Origin: Macrostomum lignano
Lineage: Eukaryota
Direction: 5' to 3'
DNA: 42,732 nucleotides
NCBI GenBank assembly: GCA_002269645.1
Contig: NIVC01004542.1
Coordinates: 1 to 42,732, forward strand
The position numbers were made by a program, and so were the translations under genes. Under the pieces are notes generated by a model. The model did no database searches and was not told the DNA's origin. It worked only from the letters and a program-made list of their open reading frames with translations. Shown here in pieces: positions 35,687-42,732 of the stretch. Position 1 is the stretch's first letter. Each line of letters begins with the position of its first letter.

Positions 35687-36469
35687 ATGGCCCAAGCCAG
35701 CAGCAGCTCCGAGGAGATGGCCATCAATCTGGCCGCAATTCAGAAGACAGACAAGTCTGGCTGCGAAGTGCTGGACAAGTGCACCTCTAGCGCTCTATAC
35801 AAGTACGCGCAGGGCAAATGGGAGAAGTGCAATTGCGACGGGGTGTTCCTGCTGTACAGGCGCAGCGTGGCGCCTGTGTACGCTTTCATTGTGCTGAACA
35901 AGCGGAGCACTCAGAACCACGTGCAGCACGTCACCAAAGCTATGAGCCTGCAGCTGCAGTCGCCCTTCCTGCTGTACAAAACTGAATCGGGCGAGATCCA
36001 CGGCATGTGGTTCTACACCCAGCGGGACTGCGATCGCATCGGCAAGCGTGTTGGCAAGCTAGTTGAGACTCTTGGCGGCGACAGTCTGCGCGTAGCCGAG
36101 GATCGAGCAGCCGCTACCAAAGGCAAGCCGGCGAACGCTAGTCAAGCTGCCGCTGGGAAGCAGCAGCCCCAGCAGCCGCCAAAGTCTGCTCAAACTGGTG
36201 CAGATGCGGCTAACAGCATCCTGCAGATGCTTAGCCGGGCTCAGACTGATTTCACCACCCATCGTGGATTGCCGCAGCAGCAGCAGCAGCCACAACAGCC
36301 ACAGCAGCAGCAACCCAAGGTGATCAGTGTAGACAGTCTCTTTGGCAGCTCAAGCAAGCAGCAGCCAGCGCCAGTCAGCAATGGCGGGCCGCCGCTGCAG
36401 CGGGATCAATACGCTGAGATTTCTCACCAGATCAAGGAGCAGCTGGGCCTCCTCAACAGCTCCGGTCTT

Positions 36470-36501
<32 letters not shown>

Positions 36502-36867
36502 GCAGCAATCCAGCGCCGCTGTCTGCAGCAATGCACAAGCAGACGAAGAGGAAGAAGAATTCCTGCTAACCCGGGCATGCTGGAGTGCGCAGCCAGTCAG
36601 CTGATTGCCGACTGCCCGACTCAGGTGTCGCCATCGGCTCCGACGCAGTCGCCGCCGCAGCCGCGCGAGCAGCCCGGGAAAGCCAGACAGCAGCAGCAGC
36701 AGCAGGCGCCGCAGGCGTCAGTCAGCGGAGACGTCCCCGCCCTGACCAAGGAGCAGCTGCGGGAGAGCCTGCTGTACCTGTTGGAGAATGATGACGCCTT
36801 CCTCGGCTCGCTGCACCGGGCCTACGTGGCCAGCCTGCAGCGCCGGCTCGCGTCGCCGCGTTTCTGA
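35687..36867 (+). CDS. DCP1: mRNA-decapping enzyme subunit 1, intronless
   Basis: N-terminal EVH1-like domain (INLAAIQK...WEKCNCDGVFLLYRR...FIVLNKRS...IHGMWFY), a Gln-rich linker and a C-terminal trimerization motif (LTKEQLRESLLYLLENDDAFLGSLHRAY). The two frames join if one C is added at 36570-36572. Confidence 0.92.
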
Positions 36868-37869
36868 GTCCCTGTTCCGTCGTTGCTGGTTGCTGTTGCC
36901 GCCCAGTGCAAAGGCGGGGGTTGAGGAGGTCCTTGTGAAATTGTTATTTTTTTATTGTTTGTGTCCCCAGTTGTAAAACAATAGCCCAGCATTCAAACAC
37001 CCCCTCCGAGTGTTCATATCTGCCTACTCATAGTAGCAAACCATTTGGAGGTGTTTTATTTTTCTGTTGTTTGCAGTGTATATCAACAATAACAATATAA
37101 ATAACAATAATACGCGTAAATTATTAGTTTGGTCTCCGATATGCTTGTTGTATAGTTGCTCTGTCCTTGAGCAGCATTTTGAGTTTTGGCCCCGCTGTGC
37201 AGCAAAACCATTCATTTGTTCTATTATGGATGTACATTGCGTCACTTGTTGTCACAGTTGGCTGTGGCGCTGGTCATCTGCCGTGTCACGCCGGAAAATG
37301 TCGGCACTGCTTCTGGAATAAAAGCAGCCCAGCTTGTCTGTGTGTTTTACATAAGGCTCATCACCTGTTTAATTAATTTACTGATCGATTGAGATAAGAC
37401 ATGTCTCTGGCTGATTGGAGTCTTTAACTTTTTTTTATTAACGACTATAGCATTACAACATCATATTTTATAGGAAATCAAAAAAATTTACAATATAATT
37501 AAGATCATCTAGCATAGTAAGCTACTGCTACTACTTACAGTAGTATAATTAATAGCTGCTGCTATCAAGATGGCAGGTTGTTGGTAATAAAACTAGCTTT
37601 TACGCACTAAAATACGATTGAATGTACAAGCTAACGATCTATCCTGGTACTCAGATTCAGTAGTACAGTATCAAAGCGTAAATATCAATAACAATTGAAA
37701 GCATCACAAATAGAGGCATTTTTGTTGAAAATCCACACTGCAATTCTCTAGTTGAACGGGTAGTTGGTTTTTTAGCTGATTTCGATATTTTTAGAGATTA
37801 CCAAAGTTGTATGGTTGATAATTGAAAATCTTGAATGCCCAGTCTGAAGCCTGAGGAGCTGTGAGGGCG

Positions 37870-38345
37870 GCCCAGCAACTGAGGATCTGGGAGGCTGGCC
37901 CAGCAACTGAGGATCTGGGAGGCTGGCCCAGCCAACTGAGGATCTGGGAGGCTGGCCCAGCAACTGAGGATCTGGGAGGCTGGCCCAGCCAACTGAGGAT
38001 CTGGGAGGCTGGCCCAGCAACTGAGGATCTGGGAGGCTGGCCAAGCAACTGAGAATCTGAGAGGCTGGCCCAGCAACTGAGGATCTGGGAGGCTGGCCCA
38101 GCAACTGAGGATCTGGGAGGCTGGCCCAGCAACTGAGGATCTGAGAGACTGGCCCAGCGACTAAGGATCTGGGAGGCTGGCTCAGCAACTGAGGATCTGG
38201 GAGGCTGGCCCAGCAACTGAGGATCTGGGAGGCTGGCTCAGCAACTGAGGATCTGGGAGGCTGGCTCAGCAACTGAGGATCTGGGAGGCTGGCTCAGCAA
38301 CTGAGGATCTGGGAGGCTGGCTCAGCAACTGAGGATCTGGGAGGA
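37870..38345. repeat. 28-bp minisatellite (~17 copies)
   Basis: Unit CCCAGCAACTGAGGATCTGGGAGGCTGG. Confidence 0.95.
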
Positions 38346-38522
38346 TAATAGTACAGCCTTTGTCAGCAGCAAATTTGAGCAAACAAAATCCAGCACCCCC
38401 AAATCCTCAAACGGGTTTTAAAAAATTTCACTGTGCACGGCATCACAGTTGAGTTCTAAGGATTGAAGAAGAGCAAATCGGAGGAAATGCCTCAGCCGCG
38501 AGCACCGGCCTGGCTGTCACGC

Positions 38523-40990
38523 TCAGGTGAGAACCAGATGCTCGTCAAAGCCGGTGTACATGGCGGTGCTGCCCATTTTGACCAGGTTGCGCGAATACCT
38601 GGCTGTGATGCGGATGCAGCTCGTGCACAGGAAGCTGGTCAGCAGGAAGTTCGACCGCATGCCGTAGCCGAACCGGCCCTTGTAGCCATAGTAACCAGCG
38701 ACAGCTCCAGTGAGCACTGGCGCCACGGTGCTGGGTCGGGCGTTCCGCACCATCTGCTCCATCGACTGCGGCATCACTGCGTCTCCGATCTGTGACACCG
38801 GGTTTTGGACAGGGATGTCATTTACAGGTGACTGACATGCTGTAGTGGGTTACAGACATGCTGTAGTGTGTGTTACACACATACTGTAATCGTGTGTTAC
38901 AGGCATGCTGTATCGTGTGCTAAAGACATGCTGTATCATATGTTACAGAGTGTCTCATGTGCTATACAGACATGCTGTAGCATGTGTTTCAGCCAGGCTA
39001 TCTGCACAAACCTCGCTCAGCGCCAGTCGATATTCGCCTTTGCCGAAGGCCTCCCAGGCGTGCTGCATGTGCACGATCTCCAGGGTCTTCAGCACGCCCA
39101 GCGGGATGTCGATCTCCGGCTCGCCAGTGGGGGGTATCAGCTTTATCAGCTTGCCCAGAAGCTCCAGGTAGCGCTCCGCCTCGAACAGCTTCTTGATTTC
39201 GCCGCCACCGTCAAGCACATTCAGGAAGTCCGAGGCTTCCTCGTAACCGGCTATGGTGGCTCCCGCCTTCAGCACCTGGCAGATGCAAGGACTGGTGAGT
39301 CAGCTTGCGTTCTATCGGTCGTCCACACCTCAGGTCCTCCCCACCTCAGGTCCTCCCCACCTCAGGTCCTCCCCACCTCAGGTCCTCCACACCTCAGGTC
39401 CTCCCCACCTCAGGTCCTCCCCACCTCAGGTCCTCCCACCTCAGGTCCTCCCCACCTCAGGTCCTCCCCACCTCAGGTCCTCCCCACCTCAGGTCCTCCC
39501 CACCTCAGGTCCTCCCCACCTCAGGTCCTCCCCACCTCAGGTCCTCCCCACCTCAGGTCCTCCCCACCTCAGGTCCTCCCCACCTCAGGTCCTCCCCACC
39601 TCAGGTCCTCCACACCTCAGGTCCTCCCCACCTCAGGTCCTCCCCACCTCAGGTCCTCCCCACCTCAGGTCCTCCCCACCTCAGGTCCTCCCCACCTCAG
39701 GTCCTCCCACCTCAGGTCCTCCCCACCTCAGGTCCTCCCCACCTCAGGTCCTCCCCACCTCAGGTCCTCCCCACCTCAGGTCCTCCCCACCTCAGGTCCT
39801 CCCCACCTCAGGTTCTCCCCACCTCAGGTCCTCCCACCTCAGGTCCTCCCCACCTCAGGTCCTCCCACCTCAGTTCCTCCCCACCTCAGTTCCTCCCCAC
39901 CTCAGTTCCTCCCCACCTCAGTTCCTCCCCACCTCAGGTCCTCCCCACCTCAGGTCCTCCCCACCTCAGGTCCTCCCCACCTCAGGTCCTCCCCACCTCA
40001 GTTCCTCCCCACCTCAGTTCCTCCCCACCTCAGTTCCTCCCCACCTCAGGTCCTCCCCGCCTCAGGTCCTCCCCACCTCAGGTCCTCCCCACCTCAGGTC
40101 CTCCCCACCTAAAGTCCTCCCTACCTCAGTTCCTCTCCACCTCAGGTCCTCCCCACCTCAGGTCCTCCCCACCTCAGGTCCTCCCCACCTCAGGTCCTCC
40201 CCACCTCAGTTCCTCCCCACCTCAGGTCCTCCCCACCTCAGTTCCTCCCCACCTCAGGTCCTCCCCGCCTCAGGTCCTCCCCACCTCAGGTCCTCCCCAC
40301 CTCAGGTCCTCCCCACCTAAAGTCCTCCCTACCTCAGTTCCTCTCCACCTCAGGTCATCCCCACCTCAGTTCCTCTCCACCTCAGGTCCTCCCCACCTCA
40401 GGTCCTCCACACCTCAGGTCCTCCCCAACCTCAGTTCTTCCCCTTAGTTCCCCTCAGTTCCCTGCAGCATACACTGCTGCATGCTGCTAGATGTATTTAC
40501 AATTGCAACATGTACATCGCGTATTTCGCTTCTCGTTCCCAGTGTTTTAGCAGTCCCTGGCTGCCAATCCAAATCAAGGACCTCTTCTCACCTTGATACA
40601 GACCACCTGGTAGTCTTTGTCATCGAAGGCGTGCAGCGCATCGTGCAGGTCGGACACCACGGAGCCGATGGTGCCAGCCTCGCCGACTTCGTTGAAGTCC
40701 AGCCGGTGCGAGCAGCCACCACCGTCCTCATCATCAGCTCCATCATCGTCATCTCCAGCCTCCGTTTTCTCGGCGCTGAGCTCCGATTTGTTCGGCGTCT
40801 GTTTACTAATCGCCGCCGAATGATGGTCGCTATGGCAACGGACTGGGCGTGGATCGTCGGCCAGGCGGAGCGCCGGTCGGCGCAGCGCCCGGTAGCAGGC
40901 GAGGCTCTCGCGCCATCGGGCGCCGGCGCCACCGACGCCGCCGCCGCGCAGACTCAAATCGACAGCTGATCGCTCCAGGTTGGGGGCGCC
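38523..40990 (-). CDS. Unidentified spliced protein-coding gene; exons ~40990-40592, 39275-39012, 38789-38523; start codon unresolved
   Basis: Three GC-rich, codon-biased frames join in phase 0 through AAG|GTGAGA, TGCCAG|GTG, GAG|GTTTGT and TCACAG|ATC. The product has an acidic patch and a C-terminal hydrophobic Gly-rich segment. There is no in-frame ATG in the first exon; a possible upstream exon is 41363-41262. Confidence 0.65.
38834..38995. repeat. Degenerate ~23-bp repeat (~7 copies) in intron 38790-39011 of the minus-strand gene
   Basis: Recurrent GACATGCTGTA..GTGTTACA. Confidence 0.75.
39324..40450. repeat. 17-bp minisatellite (~66 copies) filling intron 39276-40591 of the minus-strand gene
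   Basis: Unit CCTCAGGTCCTCCCCAC (sense strand GTGGGGAGGACCTGAGG). Confidence 0.97.
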
Positions 40991-41540
40991 CTGTAACCGT
41001 CTCGTCCGCAGGGAGCTCTCACTCAGCTATCGGCAGAAACTGGTTGTCTGCCGAGCTCACGCTGCTTCTGCTGATGCTACTTTTTTAATTGTCTTTTTTC
41101 GATTAAAAAGCCAGTGTGGCTGTTAGAGAGCGAACGAGCGGTCTTTGCTACCTGACAGCTCTGCACCTGTTCAAAAGTGGCCCAGTGTGCCTGTCTCTCT
41201 AAAGCAACAAATCTCTGCACTCGTTTATTGCTTCTCTCAGTACAGCTGGCTGCAGGCAGACCTGTCTTTTGCCCCGAAGATTTGCCCCGGGCAGTGAGAC
41301 TGTGCGGCCCGGGGTGGCGTGCGAGCGGTTCGTCACGGGCGGCTGGCTGGTGGCGGGCTGCATTTTCTGCCCCTTACTGACTAAGATATCTTAGATGCGA
41401 ATAACTACTCTTTCGGGCTTTGAGCACGCGACTTCGGGTTGGCTCTCTTAGAAGGGGAGAAGAGTGGACGGAAGTTTTTCCTGGGAGCAGAAAAATGTAC
41501 AGTAGATGTACTTGTAATATATAGAATGGAGTCAGTGAGT

Positions 41541-41739
<199 letters not shown>

Positions 41740-42519
41740 AGCGGCAGCGAAACCCTCTGAGTTAACTTTGAATATAGTTCGAATTAAAATAGACGCGGCA
41801 CGTACTACTTTTTAATAGCCGCGTAAGTAGCCGATGACAGTTTTTTTACAAAATTGTACTCAGAGTAAATTTACAATAATCGGAGTTGATGTGGAAGATA
41901 TCAAACGCACTTAAAGCATTGACTTCTCACTACCCCACTCTTCTTAATCTCGCTATCTTCACGGTCCTCCGACACTGGCCTCTCAACTGCACCCAAATGC
42001 TCTCCCCGTCTTTAATAAGATCTACTAAAGCCTCTCCATGGTATAGGCGCCACGGAAACGTCAGCCCAACCAGCCAATCAGAATCGAGCAAGCAGATCAC
42101 CAGTCGACTTCAGTGAGTTTTCATTGGCCAGTCACTCCAGGCAGCTTCATCGGGCATTGGCAATAAAACGGGACTGCAGGTTAAGCCTTGGCTGCCTACG
42201 CATATCAGAGCACTATCAATGCATGCCCGATGCCCTTTCCAAGAACGCGCTACACAATCACCAGGCGGGATTCTTTTGATCCCAGGAAGTTTGACACGAC
42301 AAGGCTGGCCAGGACTCAGCGATTAACAACTCCGGCTTATTTAAGGTAGGAATTCGCTACAATATGCTGCACTTTTTGAGCACTTTTCCTTCCCTCTTTT
42401 CATCTGCTCTTAGAGTTTATGATGCGGCCCATCTCAACCGGGTGCTCATCCAATACGCATTTCATATGTCTTCCCACCTGCTGCACTCCCTTCAAACCAC
42501 TCTGCCCTCTACATATTCT

Positions 42520-42732
42520 CCCCATCTAACTATTTTCCCTTACCTACTCTCCATTCTGTCTACTCTCCATCTCACTCTCTACTCTCCCATCTGTCTATCT
42601 CCCATCTATCTACTCCCCTATTTATCTACTCTCCCATCTATCTACTCTCCCATCTGTCTACTCTCCTATCTGTCTACTCTCCCATCTATCTACTCCCCAT
42701 CTGTCTACTCTCCTTTCTGTCTACTCTCCCAT
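42520..42732. repeat. Pyrimidine-rich ~17-bp tandem repeat, cut by the window edge
   Basis: Recurrent CTACTCTCCCATCT(G/A)T. Confidence 0.85.

Noticed and set aside
37772-38272. Overlapping ORFs with QPPRSSV/WASLPDPQ repeats
   Set aside because: They are products of the 28-bp tandem array.
39253-40447. Long ORFs (355-414 aa) of PPHLRSSPPQVLPTSG repeats
   Set aside because: They are stop-free translations of the 17-bp intronic array on the strand opposite the host gene.
2797-40450. CRISPR-like appearance of the 22-29 bp repeats
   Set aside because: Units are head-to-tail with no unique spacers, the context is eukaryotic introns, and there are no cas genes.
41880-42500. Moderately GC-rich stretch with short frames (e.g. 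CVLDEHPVEMGRIINSK on the minus strand)
   Set aside because: Interrupted by stops, with no consistent splice model or recognisable family within the window.

Overview
Eukaryotic (metazoan) genomic DNA with GT-AG introns, GC-rich exons and AT-rich spacers. The minisatellite-packed introns and codon usage resemble a free-living flatworm such as Macrostomum, but the organism is my inference. Host genes: a 6-exon ceramide synthase CERS1/LASS1 (+, 419-4646); a 2-exon single-pass membrane protein, tentatively C6orf89/BRAP-like (+, 7583-9474); a 5-exon PIWI-clade Argonaute with an intact DEDH tetrad (+, 24251-30009); an intronless DCP1 (+, 35687-36867); and an unidentified spliced gene (-, 38523 to about 40990). 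Mobile elements: a full-length but lesioned BEL/Pao LTR retrotransposon, a decayed RTE LINE carrying a hAT MITE, a LINE 3' tail, a tRNA-derived SINE, several MITEs and an apparently intact D34D mariner. The most striking unexplained pattern is that most long introns, including all four Piwi introns, are filled with their own 17-29 bp tandem array. Several of these arrays share a CCCAG..CTGAG/GAGAATC core, run almost up to the splice sites, contain splice-site mimics, or are bracketed by diverged direct repeats. Single-base homopolymer frameshifts in CERS1, DCP1 and the BEL element suggest long-read assembly indels. All counts and alignments were done by eye.
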